Of a stretch of 64,000 nucleotides of DNA, positions 20,695 through 29,967 are shown one piece after another; positions within the stretch are counted from its first letter, which is position 1; each line of letters opens with the position of its first letter. A program made the position numbers and the translations under genes. The notes under the pieces are model-generated. The model ran no database searches and was not told the DNA's origin. It saw nothing but the letters and a program-made list of their open reading frames with translations. Source of the DNA: Alphaproteobacteria bacterium. Its GTDB lineage: Bacteria > Pseudomonadota > Alphaproteobacteria > GCA-2731375. The DNA lies in contig CBDDBZ010000035.1 of NCBI GenBank assembly GCA_965225945.1, positions 320,001-384,000 on the forward strand. Direction: 5' to 3'.

Positions 20695-20836
20695 TCTTGA
20701 ACTCCTGCCCTCGACGGCGGCGATTATCGACCCAAACCGAGGGTAAGGGAACGCCGGCGTCGCGCGGGTGGTTCAGCGGGTTCGATTTGTGCTTTAAATG
20801 CCGTGCAACGACAGTCGAGCCGGAGGAGCCGCCGCC

Positions 20837-22042
20837 ATGAGCGAAGCCTATATCTGCGATGCCATCCGCACCCCGATCGGCCGCTACGGCGGCGCGCTGG
20901 CCAAGGTCAGGACGGACGATCTGGGGGCGATCCCGATCCGCGCCCTGATCGAGCGTAACAGCAGCGTCGAGTGGGACCGGACCGACGAGGTGGTCTACGG
21001 TTGCGCCAACCAGGCGGGCGAGGATAACCGCAACGTCGCCCGCATGGCGGCGCTGCTCTCCGGCCTGCCGGAGGACGTGCCGGGCGCCACCATCAACCGG
21101 CTCTGCGGCTCCGGGATGGACGCCACCGGCTACGTCGCCCGCGCCATCCGCGCGGGCGAGGCGGACTTGGCGATCTCCGGCGGGGTCGAGAGCATGTCGC
21201 GCGCGCCCTTCGTCATGGCCAAGGCGGAGACCGCCTTCTCGCGAGCTTCCGAGGTCTACGACACCACGATCGGCTGGCGCTTCGTCAATCCGGCGATGAA
21301 GAAACAGTACGGCGTCGATTCGATGCCGGAGACGGCGGAGAACGTGGCCGAGACCTATCAGATCAGCCGCGCCGATCAGGACGCCTTCGCTGAACGCAGC
21401 CAGGCCCGCGCCGGCGCCGCCCAGGAGCGCGGCTTCTTCGCCGCCGAGATCACCCCGGTGACGATTCCCCGCCGCCGGGGCGACGATATCGTGGTCGCCC
21501 GCGACGAGCATCCCCGGCCGGAGACGACGCTCGAGGGATTGGCCGAGCTGGCGACGCCGTTCCGCGAGGGCGGCTCGGTCACCGCCGGCAACGCCTCGGG
21601 CGTGAACGACGGCGCCTGCGCCATCCTGCTGGCGAGCGAGCGCGGCGTGGCGGATCACGGGCTGGAGCCCCGGGCGCGCATCCTCGGCATGGCGACCGCC
21701 GGCGTGCCGCCCCGCGTCATGGGCATCGGCCCGGCGCCCGCCAGCCAGAAACTCCTGGCCCGCCTCGGCCTCGAGATGGCCGAGATCGACGTGATCGAGC
21801 TGAACGAGGCCTTCGCGGCGCAGTCGCTGGCGGTGACACGTCAGCTCGGTCTCGCCGACGATGCCGAGCACGTCAACCCGAACGGCGGCGCGATCGCGCT
21901 GGGCCATCCCCTCGGCATGAGCGGCGCGCGCCTGATCACCACCGCGCTGCACGCGCTGGAGGAGCGCGACGGCAAGCGGGCGCTCTGCACCATGTGCATC
22001 GGCGTCGGCCAGGGCATCGCCATGGTGATCGAGCGGGTCTGA
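20837..22042 (+). CDS. pcaF: 3-oxoadipyl-CoA thiolase
   Basis: GCANQAGEDNRNVARM, NRLCGSGMDA, IALGHPLGMSG, CIGVGQG. Confidence 0.92.
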   Translation: MSEAYICDAIRTPIGRYGGALAKVRTDDLGAIPIRALIERNSSVEWDRTDEVVYGCANQAGEDNRNVARMAALLSGLPEDVPGATINRLCGSGMDATGYVARAIRAGEADLAISGGVESMSRAPFVMAKAETAFSRASEVYDTTIGWRFVNPAMKKQYGVDSMPETAENVAETYQISRADQDAFAERSQARAGAAQERGFFAAEITPVTIPRRRGDDIVVARDEHPRPETTLEGLAELATPFREGGSVTAGNASGVNDGACAILLASERGVADHGLEPRARILGMATAGVPPRVMGIGPAPASQKLLARLGLEMAEIDVIELNEAFAAQSLAVTRQLGLADDAEHVNPNGGAIALGHPLGMSGARLITTALHALEERDGKRALCTMCIGVGQGIAMVIERV

Positions 22043-22127
22043 GTGTCCGAATACGAAATCGACCCACCGCTCGGGGGCGGCGCCAGACAGCTCGTGTCCC
22101 GCGCGTCATGTTCATGTTGACCATTGG

Positions 22128-23350
22128 CACAGTACACGACTCGTTCATGTTGGCTTTGGCCTGGGCACCTGGACTGGTGGTTTTCCGGGGACGAGGAAAC
22201 GAATCAGCTCAATGGCTTGACGCCTGTCGATAGGATTGACGAGCTGTCGCCTTATCCACTCGAAACCGTATCGGAAGATGGATTTTGCCATCCTTTTGTG
22301 GGTTTTGAGGCGGATCGGCTCGGCCTCGTGGAGCCAATCGCCGACTTTGTGCGCCCAGCAGAAGGTGATGGAAAGGACGGCGGTGAGCTTGGAGATGCGC
22401 TCCGGGTCGGTCATGTGGGTGTCTTCGAGGTTGAAGCCACGGGTTTTCAAGGCGGCGAAGAGGGTCTCGATTTGCCAGCGCTGGGCGTAGATGGCCAAGG
22501 CCTCCTCGGGCGCGTCGTTGGTCACGACGATCAACAGTTCGCCGGTCTTGAGATGGAGCGCGGCGACGAAGACGGGCCTGGCCTTGGGTTTTCTGGCCTC
22601 CGAGAGGCGCCTGGCGTTGGAGAGGATGCGGCTTTCCCCGGGTTTGAGGTCGCGAAACAGCTCCCTCGCCTTGACCATGCGACCACGCGTGTTGGCGATC
22701 TTGATGTTGGATCGGATGCGGATGTGAAAGGGGATGGCCTTTTCCTGCAACCATGCCAGCCAGGCGTCGCCGATGAATTCCCGGTCGGCCAGGAGGCTGG
22801 CGATCTTGTCGACCCCGAAGAGCCGGAGGACGTGTTCGAGGATCGCGATCCGCTCCTTGGTATTGGAATTGCCCGCCTTGTCGAGCACCCGCCAGCACAC
22901 GGGAATGGCGATGGCGCGGTTGACGATGCCGATCATCAAGATGTTGACGTCGCGGCGACCCAGCCGCCAGTTGGTCCGGTCCATGGTCAGCCGCCACGGC
23001 CCCGCCTGGAGCCCCATCATCGCGACCAGGAACTCGGCGAGGCGATCGTAATCGAAATCGACTTGCTCGAAAAACCGTTGCAGGCGCCGATAGTTGGAGC
23101 TGGATCGCGCGCGCCCCGGAAAGTGGCAGGCCAAGTGAGAGAGGTTCACCGTCCGGGCGACGAACACGCCGAAGACCAAGACGCAAAGGCTCTCCAGACG
23201 GCTCTTGCGAAAGGCGAAGCCGCATCGTAGCGTCTCACGCAGGGCGTTGATCGGGTTGTCTCGCATGATTTCCCTCTTGACTCGTCGTGGAGTGAATCGG
23301 GAATCCTACAACCTTTTCAACGTCCTACGTAAATGCCGTCGTGTACCATG
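22128..23350. mobile_element. IS4-family insertion sequence, 1223 bp, 9-bp TSD
   Basis: Left end CACAGTACACGAC vs reverse-complemented right end CATGGTACACGAC; GACCATTGG at 22119-22127 and 23351-23359. Confidence 0.92.
22145..23266 (-). CDS. IS4-family DDE transposase
   Basis: MDRTNW, LADREFIG, YAQRWQIETLFAALKTRGFNLE (YREK motif). Confidence 0.95.
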   Translation of the reverse strand: MRDNPINALRETLRCGFAFRKSRLESLCVLVFGVFVARTVNLSHLACHFPGRARSSSNYRRLQRFFEQVDFDYDRLAEFLVAMMGLQAGPWRLTMDRTNWRLGRRDVNILMIGIVNRAIAIPVCWRVLDKAGNSNTKERIAILEHVLRLFGVDKIASLLADREFIGDAWLAWLQEKAIPFHIRIRSNIKIANTRGRMVKARELFRDLKPGESRILSNARRLSEARKPKARPVFVAALHLKTGELLIVVTNDAPEEALAIYAQRWQIETLFAALKTRGFNLEDTHMTDPERISKLTAVLSITFCWAHKVGDWLHEAEPIRLKTHKRMAKSIFRYGFEWIRRQLVNPIDRRQAIELIRFLVPGKPPVQVPRPKPT

Positions 23351-23370
23351 GACCATTGGTTAACTTTTTT

Positions 23371-24966
23371 GTAACTGCCCAGGTACATGGTGGCCTTTTA
23401 GGCGGCGTGGAGACGCTCGATCAGGGTTTCGGGATTTTCCATGAGCGCCTGGATGATGTTCCAGCCCTGTTTTCTGGCGGTCGAGATGAAGCCGCGGACG
23501 GTGGCAAAGTCTTCGGCGCCTTTCTGGCTGCGGAAGCCGCCGGAGATTTTCTGCTTGACCTTCATCATGCGCCCGTCCTGCTCGGCCTGATTGTTGGTGA
23601 ACGGCACGGCGAAATTGATGAGGAAGCGCAGCGCGTCTTCCTTGTGTGTCTGAAGGCGCCGGAGAAGGTTGTGCCCGGTGCGGCGCGGCTTGCTTCCCCG
23701 GCGCTTGGCCTTGCTCGATCTGGGCGCAAGAGGAGGTTGTGCCTCGTGAAAGGCGATGCCCTCGGCCGTGATCGCGTCGTAACACCCTCGGAAGCGCTCG
23801 ACGAGGCCTGGTTTCAGCGCCACGCCCCGCTCCCGGGCGAGATTTACCGCGTGGCAGGCGCGGCGCAATAGTCTCTGCATCTTGCGTGCCCAGCCCTCCT
23901 TCTCGATCTCGATCAGGGCTTGCAACTCGCGCAGGTGATGGGCGTTGCACAGCGCGTGCCGTACGCCCTCCATCGTAAAGTACGGCTTCCAGTGGTCATG
24001 GACGACGATGCCGCCGACTCCGCCGAGCAGGCTGCCGCGTCGCTCCGAGACCCGATAGAAGGTCAACCGCGCGGTCGAGGCGACGTGCAACCATTGGGTC
24101 CGCCCGGCGATCCGCAAGCCGGTCTCGTCCATGTGCTTGACCGGCGCCGATTTCACCAGTTCGCGGATCACATCGACGACGCCTTGGACGGACTCGGCGC
24201 TGTTCCCGCCCATCCGCGCGAGGCTCGCCGGAGACAGTTCCGCCCCGAACAGATCCTTCATCAATTCAGCCAGGCGGTCCTCGGGCAGGAGTTGGTAGTG
24301 CGACAGGTAGACCACCATGGCTCCGATCCGAGCGCCGTATTGAACCGGGCCGGTGATGGCGACGGGAAAAGAAGCCCGAGTGTACGTGCCGCAATGCCCG
24401 CAACGGCAGCGATGCGCCCGATGCTCCGTGACCACCAGGGGCCGGGGCTCGGGTAGATCGAAAACCTGGCGGGCCCCATGGCCGGTAGCCATATCCGGCG
24501 TCAATCCCGAACCACACCACTGGCACGTCTCGGGATAATGGTCGACGGTGGCGTCGGGATCGGCGACTTGGCGCAGGGTCTCGCCCTTGTGGCCCTTTTG
24601 CCCGCCCGGCTTGCGGGCCGATTTCTTACGGAGGCTCCTGGTGCGCTTCTTTTTACCCGCCGGTGGCTTGTTCAATCCATCGCTCGACGGTGGCTTGCCG
24701 CTGTTCGTGCTGTTCAGGCCAAGCCGGCGCTCGAGTTCACCAAGCCGGAGTTCGAACTCGGCGAGCCGCGACCCTTGGGCCAGCACCACATCGATCAGCT
24801 CGTCTTTCGACAAAAAGGCAAGAACATCCCTATCCATCGAATCCTTAGAATCGACCAACCACCCTCTGTCAAACGAAATCTAGGCCGTCAGCGCCCCAAA
24901 CCCACAAAATCTGCCCCCAGAGACCCAATCCGCAGCCTCATCGAAATCAGCTACCTGGGCAGTTAC
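23371..24966. mobile_element. IS66-family (single-ORF, ISBst12-type) insertion sequence, 8-bp TSD
   Basis: TIR GTAACTGCCCAGGTA at both ends; ACTTTTTT at 23363-23370 and 24967-24974. Confidence 0.93.
23398..24858 (-). CDS. IS66-family transposase
   Basis: NSTNSGKPPSSD, zinc ribbon, HMDETG, LCNAHHLREL, FTNNQAEQDGRMMKVKQKISG. Confidence 0.95.
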   Translation of the reverse strand: MVDSKDSMDRDVLAFLSKDELIDVVLAQGSRLAEFELRLGELERRLGLNSTNSGKPPSSDGLNKPPAGKKKRTRSLRKKSARKPGGQKGHKGETLRQVADPDATVDHYPETCQWCGSGLTPDMATGHGARQVFDLPEPRPLVVTEHRAHRCRCGHCGTYTRASFPVAITGPVQYGARIGAMVVYLSHYQLLPEDRLAELMKDLFGAELSPASLARMGGNSAESVQGVVDVIRELVKSAPVKHMDETGLRIAGRTQWLHVASTARLTFYRVSERRGSLLGGVGGIVVHDHWKPYFTMEGVRHALCNAHHLRELQALIEIEKEGWARKMQRLLRRACHAVNLARERGVALKPGLVERFRGCYDAITAEGIAFHEAQPPLAPRSSKAKRRGSKPRRTGHNLLRRLQTHKEDALRFLINFAVPFTNNQAEQDGRMMKVKQKISGGFRSQKGAEDFATVRGFISTARKQGWNIIQALMENPETLIERLHAA

Positions 24967-24982
24967 ACTTTTTTACCTTTTC

Positions 24983-25357
24983 ATGGACAAAATCAGTCGA
25001 TTCAGTACCCTGCTCGGGGTGATTCGCGGGATGGGAGCCATGGAATTGAACCAAGATCCGATGCCGTTCGCTTCCGGTGCCTCGGCTGTGATCGGCACCC
25101 TGCTCGGGGTGATTCGCGGGATGGGAGCCATGGAATTGAACCAAGATCCGATGCCGTTCGCTTCCGGTGCCTCGGCTGTGATCGGCAAGCTCATGGTGCG
25201 ACTCCGGGGTGAGGGCCTGCTCCCCGAGGGTGTCGATGCCATCCTGCATACCGCGCTCGCCACCGTGGTGCCGCCGCGCCGGACCGTCGGCGGGCTCGCC
25301 GAGCTCTTTGGCGATCCCGGCCAGGGCGACAGGGAAGGCCTCTTGGCCGCCGCCTGA
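24983..25357 (+). CDS. Hypothetical protein with an internal 30-aa duplication
   Basis: Open frame; the true start may be the downstream ATG; no recognisable family. Confidence 0.5.
   Translation: MDKISRFSTLLGVIRGMGAMELNQDPMPFASGASAVIGTLLGVIRGMGAMELNQDPMPFASGASAVIGKLMVRLRGEGLLPEGVDAILHTALATVVPPRRTVGGLAELFGDPGQGDREGLLAAA
25007..25186 (+). repeat. Exact 90-bp tandem duplication
   Basis: 25007-25096 is identical to 25097-25186. Confidence 0.95.
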
Positions 25358-25478
25358 CCGCGCTCCGCTCCCCTGCTCCTGCGATATCCGCGCCGCCGGC
25401 GCTGGACCCGCGTCGCCTTTCGACGGACGATGACGCCCGAGCGCGCCGACGGCGGACGCAAAGCGGAGGGAAGCATCG

Positions 25479-26249
25479 ATGAGCACCGACATTCGAACCG
25501 ATATTCTGGCCGGCCGAGTCGCGCTGGTGACCGGTGGCGCGCGCGGCAACGGCGCCGCGATCGCGCGGGGGTTGGCGCGGCACGGCGCCGCCGTCGCCGT
25601 CACCGACGTCAACCAGGCGGGCGCCGGCGAGGTCGCGGCCGATATCGAGAGCGACGGCGGCAAGGCCATGGCCCGCCATCTCGACGTGGTCGACCGGGGC
25701 GCCTGTTACACCGTCGCCGCCGCCGTCGCGTCCTCGCTCGGCGAGGTCTCCATCCTGATCAACAACGCCGGCATCATTTCGCGCGACGCGATCGGCGCCC
25801 AGGGCTATGGCGAAGGCTGGCGGCGGACCATGGACGTCAACCTGAACGGCGTGATGAACATGAGCGAGGCCTGTCTCGACCAGTTGCGGCGCACCGGCGG
25901 CAGCATCGTCAACCTGGCCTCGATCCGCTCGTTCATCGCGGCGCGGGAATCGGCCGCCTATTGCGCCTCCAAGGGCGCCGTGGCGATGGTGACGAAGGCG
26001 ATGGCGACGGAACTCGCGAGCGACGGCATCCGCGTCAACGCCATCGCGCCGGGTCTGATCGCGACCCCGATGACGACGGTGCATCGCGACAATCCGGAAA
26101 CCCTGGCGGCGTTTCTGAGCCGCGTCCCGCTCGACCGCGTGGGCGAGCCGGACGAGTTGGCGGGCCCCGTGGTCTTTCTGGTTTCCGAACTCGCCAGCTT
26201 CGTCACCGGCGTCGTGCTGCCGGTGGATGGCGGCCTGCTCGCCAACTAG
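25479..26249 (+). CDS. SDR family oxidoreductase
   Basis: TGGARGNG, NNAG, YCASK, RVNAIAPG. Confidence 0.93.
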   Translation: MSTDIRTDILAGRVALVTGGARGNGAAIARGLARHGAAVAVTDVNQAGAGEVAADIESDGGKAMARHLDVVDRGACYTVAAAVASSLGEVSILINNAGIISRDAIGAQGYGEGWRRTMDVNLNGVMNMSEACLDQLRRTGGSIVNLASIRSFIAARESAAYCASKGAVAMVTKAMATELASDGIRVNAIAPGLIATPMTTVHRDNPETLAAFLSRVPLDRVGEPDELAGPVVFLVSELASFVTGVVLPVDGGLLAN

Positions 26250-26261
26250 GGGAGGGGAGGG

Positions 26262-26358
26262 ATGGCCGCCGGTCCGCTACGGCGATTATCTGATGGCGCG
26301 GCTCGACGTGAACTACGCCTATCGCGGCGGCGCCGGCGGCGAGGTCGATGTCGGCTGA
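26262..26358 (+). pseudogene. Scar of an isopenicillin N synthase-like 2OG-Fe(II) oxygenase
   Basis: RBS+ATG, then an out-of-frame PVRYGDYLMARLDVNYAYR...* resembling the family's C-terminus. Confidence 0.55.
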
Positions 26359-26367
26359 ACGATCCGA

Positions 26368-27183
26368 TCAGCTCCCGGAGCGCGTGGCGTCCCAGTAATC
26401 GGAATTGAGGGTGCCGAGGAAGCCGTCGTGCTTCGAGCGTAGGCAGCCCCTGAAGCTCGGCGGCGACAGCATGTAGGCCTGGGTGCCGCTACAGCCCTCG
26501 AAGGCCCGCTCGAAGAGGGCGCGGCCCTCGCGCGGCGTCATGGCGCCGTGCGTCTCGATGACGCGGTCATAGAGGACCTCGCGCTCATCCTCCGGGATCA
26601 GGTGCGAGGTTCCGAGCCGATTGACCATGGCCAGCGTCATCCGCGCCGCCGCCATGCGGGCAACGTCGCCGTCGACCAGCTTGGCGCCCATGCTCCTGAG
26701 ACTGTTGGTGACCAGCGTCCTCTCGGCATCGCCGAAGGGGCTGGGGTCGTCCGATTTGGCTTCGGGAAACAGCACCGCCTTGCGGCCGACCTCGACGAAG
26801 GCCTTGACCAATCCCATCGAATCGAATCGGTGGCTCGACATGGAAAGCCGCACCGCCACGTGGGTGCGGAGCGCCGTGAACGACAGTTCCCGCTCGGCGT
26901 CGAGCACCACCAGGCTGCCGTCCGCCCGTTCGCCCACCAACTTCAAGGCGCCGGCGTCGGCGATTGCGTAACGCTCACCCGGCTCCGGCGGGCGGCGCGC
27001 TTGCTGTAGGCAGAAGGCGCTGAACTCGGCCGCGCAGTCGGGGCCGAGGCAGGTCAACGGCACCGGGCCGGCGCTTGCCACCAGGGCGAGGGCCTGCGGG
27101 GCGGCCATCGCCGCGGCACTCAAAAGAGACAGCGCGCCGGCGCCCGTCAGCGCCAAGGCCAGGTCACGAATCGTTTTCAGCAT
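26368..27183 (-). CDS. Hypothetical secreted Cys-containing protein
   Basis: Signal peptide (AAMA-A), CLGPDCAAEFSAFCLQ, C-terminal C...C. Confidence 0.75.
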   Translation of the reverse strand: MLKTIRDLALALTGAGALSLLSAAAMAAPQALALVASAGPVPLTCLGPDCAAEFSAFCLQQARRPPEPGERYAIADAGALKLVGERADGSLVVLDAERELSFTALRTHVAVRLSMSSHRFDSMGLVKAFVEVGRKAVLFPEAKSDDPSPFGDAERTLVTNSLRSMGAKLVDGDVARMAAARMTLAMVNRLGTSHLIPEDEREVLYDRVIETHGAMTPREGRALFERAFEGCSGTQAYMLSPPSFRGCLRSKHDGFLGTLNSDYWDATRSGS

Positions 27184-27413
27184 CGGGCTCGATCCTCGTC
27201 CGTCGCGCGAACTCTCGGCGCGTTTCAGGTGCGGCCCCCCGGCCCATCGGAGGGGCCATTTCAATCCGGGTCATGCTCCCACCGGCCATTGGCCGAGTCA
27301 ACCGAAAGCGGTTGATTCGACTGGCCTTTACGGACCGCCATCAAACCCTTCCCTAGGCTCGGATCATGCTCTGGGTCGGTTGGTATAATGGTCGCGCGAT
27401 TCGGAGCGAGGCG

Positions 27414-28181
27414 ATGGCCGACGGAACGACGATCTGGCACGAGCGCGGCGGCGGCGACGGCCTGACGCTCGTCCTCCTGCACGGCCTCGGCGCCAACGGC
27501 GCGGTGTGGGACGGCCTCCTGCCCCTCCTCGACGAACATTGGCCGGGGCGATGGATCATCCCCGATTTCCGAGGGCACGGCCGCTCGTTCCATCGCGCGC
27601 CCTACGGTATCGGGGTTCACGCGGCCGACGTGGCCGGCCTTTTCCGACAAGGAGACGAGGTGATCCTGGTCGGCCACTCGATGGGCGGCGCCGTCTCGCT
27701 CGCCCTCGCCACGGGCATGTTCGGAATCCGAGTGCGCTCCGTCGTCGCCTTCTCCATCAAGGTAGAGTGGAGCGAGGACGATCGTTCGAGAGCCGGCAAG
27801 ATCGCTGCCGCGCCGCCCCGCATGTTCGACGGCCGGGAGGCGGCGGCCGAGCGCTGCCTCCGCGTCGCCGGGCTCCACGATTTGCTGGCGCCGACAGCAC
27901 GCGTCGCGACCGTCGGCGTTGCCGAGGAAGAGGGCCGGTTTAGATTGGCGACCGATCCCCTCGTCAACGCCATCGGCGCCTATGACCTTGCCGCGATGAC
28001 GCGGGCGGCGCGCGCGCCCCTACGTCTTCTCGCCACGGAGAACGACCCCGTCGGACCCGTGACCGGCATGCGACGTCTCGGCCGGGAGGTCGAGGTGCTG
28101 CCCCGCCTCGGACACAATCCGCACGTGGAAGCGCCGGCGGTCTTCTGGCGAGCTGTCGCCGACCATCTGCTCGCGGCGTAG
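27414..28181 (+). CDS. Alpha/beta hydrolase
   Basis: LLHGLG, DFRGHGRS, GHSMGG, GHNPH. Confidence 0.9.
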   Translation: MADGTTIWHERGGGDGLTLVLLHGLGANGAVWDGLLPLLDEHWPGRWIIPDFRGHGRSFHRAPYGIGVHAADVAGLFRQGDEVILVGHSMGGAVSLALATGMFGIRVRSVVAFSIKVEWSEDDRSRAGKIAAAPPRMFDGREAAAERCLRVAGLHDLLAPTARVATVGVAEEEGRFRLATDPLVNAIGAYDLAAMTRAARAPLRLLATENDPVGPVTGMRRLGREVEVLPRLGHNPHVEAPAVFWRAVADHLLAA

Positions 28182-28767
28182 GCGAAGCGGCCACGTGACG
28201 GCTTGCCCAAGGGCGTGGGTTTCACGACTATCGCTTCCACGCCCGGTGCGCCCGGGTGGTGTCGAAGAAATGGAGAAAAGCCCATGCGCATCGGTCTTGC
28301 GACTCCGCTTCCCGCCTACACCATCGACCCGGCGTTCATGGCACGAAAGGCCGAAGAGCTGGGGTTCGACTCGATCTGGTACGCCGAGCATCCGGCCGTT
28401 CCCGTCGAGAGCGACAGCCCCTTTCCGGCCACGGGCGGCGAGATTCCGTGGACCTACTCGCATTTCACCGACCCCTATATCGCGCTGGCGCGGGCCTCCG
28501 CCGTCACCACGACCCTGTTGCTCGCGACGGGCATCACCCTGGTTCCGCAGCGCAACCCGCTACTCCTGGCCAAGGAAGTGGCGGCCCTCGACCACCACAG
28601 CGGCGGACGCGCCATTCTCGGCGTCGGGACCGGCTGGTTGCGCGAAGAGGTCGAGATCTTCGGCGGCGACTTCCCCCGTCGTTGGACCCAGACCCGCGAG
28701 GCGCTGGACGTCATGAAGGCGCTCTGGACCAACGATATCGCCGAATTTCACGGCCAGTACTACGATT

Positions 28768-29522
28768 CTTGCCTATCCGGTTATCACCCACACCCACTAT
28801 ATGTAGTGTGCACCCATTTTCCTGAGTAAAGCTCGGTGCAGGTCGAAGCGGAGATATCTCCGGCGATGCCGAGCAGGGACTCGGACGGCATTGTAGCGCC
28901 TTTTAGGCGACACTTTAGCGTGGTGGAAATCCTAATCATTGAGTCGGATTTGGCAAAACGCCACGTTGCATAAAGGACCGTCACTTCATTGAAATTTATC
29001 TGAAATCGGAGGTGAACGACACCGATGGAATATTCCAGGAAATCAGAGCTTCATTGAATTGTAGGATTCGAGTGCCGGATTATTCACAAATAGCTCTGTG
29101 AACTGGTTTTCAAGTTCGCTCAATACGTCATATGAAGTAAACGGATTGAGGATCACGTTCTTGCGTGTCGCTTCGTCTTCGCTGCGACTCAAAACGCGCA
29201 GGAGACTAACAGGCGCGGACGGGTTCTTCGCAACGATTCGTGCCAGCGCGTCGCTTTCTTCGACTAGTGCCGTCAATCGCTCAGACGATGTCGTTTCATC
29301 AGCAGCTTCCCGTCTGGCCGTGGGTTTCTTCGTTTTTCCCTTGGTCGCCACCGTTCCGTCCCCCGATGTTAAGTACGTGACGTGAATTAAACTCCGGTTC
29401 GGTTTTCAGAACAATCAAGAATTAGCCGGATCGCCTCCTCAATGCGCCTGCGCCGGCCCTTGCCTGCAGTCCAAGGAGACACACTACATATAGTGGGTGT
29501 GGGTGATAACCGGATAGGCAAG
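28768..29522. mobile_element. Transposase-less mobile cassette with perfect 43-bp TIRs and 8-bp TSD (probably IS1595-derived)
   Basis: CTTGCCTATCCGGTTATCACCCACACCCACTATATGTAGTGTG at 28768-28810 and its exact reverse complement at 29480-29522; CTACGATT at 28760-28767 and 29523-29530; lower-GC interior. Confidence 0.95.
29043..29351 (-). CDS. Passenger gene: small variant leucine-rich/HEAT-like repeat protein
   Basis: Repeated units VAKNPSAPVSLLRVL, VILNPFTSYDVLSEL, VNNPAL; GTG start with a GGGGA RBS. Confidence 0.7.
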   Translation of the reverse strand: MATKGKTKKPTARREAADETTSSERLTALVEESDALARIVAKNPSAPVSLLRVLSRSEDEATRKNVILNPFTSYDVLSELENQFTELFVNNPALESYNSMKL

Positions 29523-29967
29523 CTACGATTTTCCGCCCGTCCGCTCTTTCCCGAAGCCGGCGCAAAAGCCCCACCCCCCGATCGTCATCGGCGGCGCGGC
29601 GAAGAACGTCTTGAAGCGCATCGTGGCGCACGCCGACGGCTGGCTGCCGAACCGGATCACGCCCGGCGATCTGGAAGTCCGTCGCCGCGAGCTCGACGAA
29701 CTGGCACGGGCCGCCGGCCGCGATCCCGAATCGATCACGATCTCCGTCTACGGCCAGCAGCCCGACCCCGCCCTGGTCCGATCGCTCATCGACGCGGGCG
29801 CGTATCGCGTCGTCGTGCGGCCGAACCATGTCGACACCGAGGCGGAGATGGGCGCGCAACTCGAAGGTATCGCCGAAGCCCTGTTCTAGCCCATGATCCG
29901 GCCGGTTGGCGACGTTGGCGCCGAGCACGCCCGAAGGACCACCAGCAACGAGGTGAGGCCCGAAGCG

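Larger units (their letters stand above)
28284..29889 (+). pseudogene. LLM-class (F420-dependent-type) oxidoreductase split by a 755-bp insertion
   Basis: AEELGFDSIWYAEH...EFHGQYYD | FPPVRSFPKPAQKPHPPIVIGG; contiguous after removing the element and one TSD. Confidence 0.92.

Noticed and set aside
25007-25186. Possible CRISPR array
   Set aside because: Only two adjacent 90-bp units with no spacers and no cas genes
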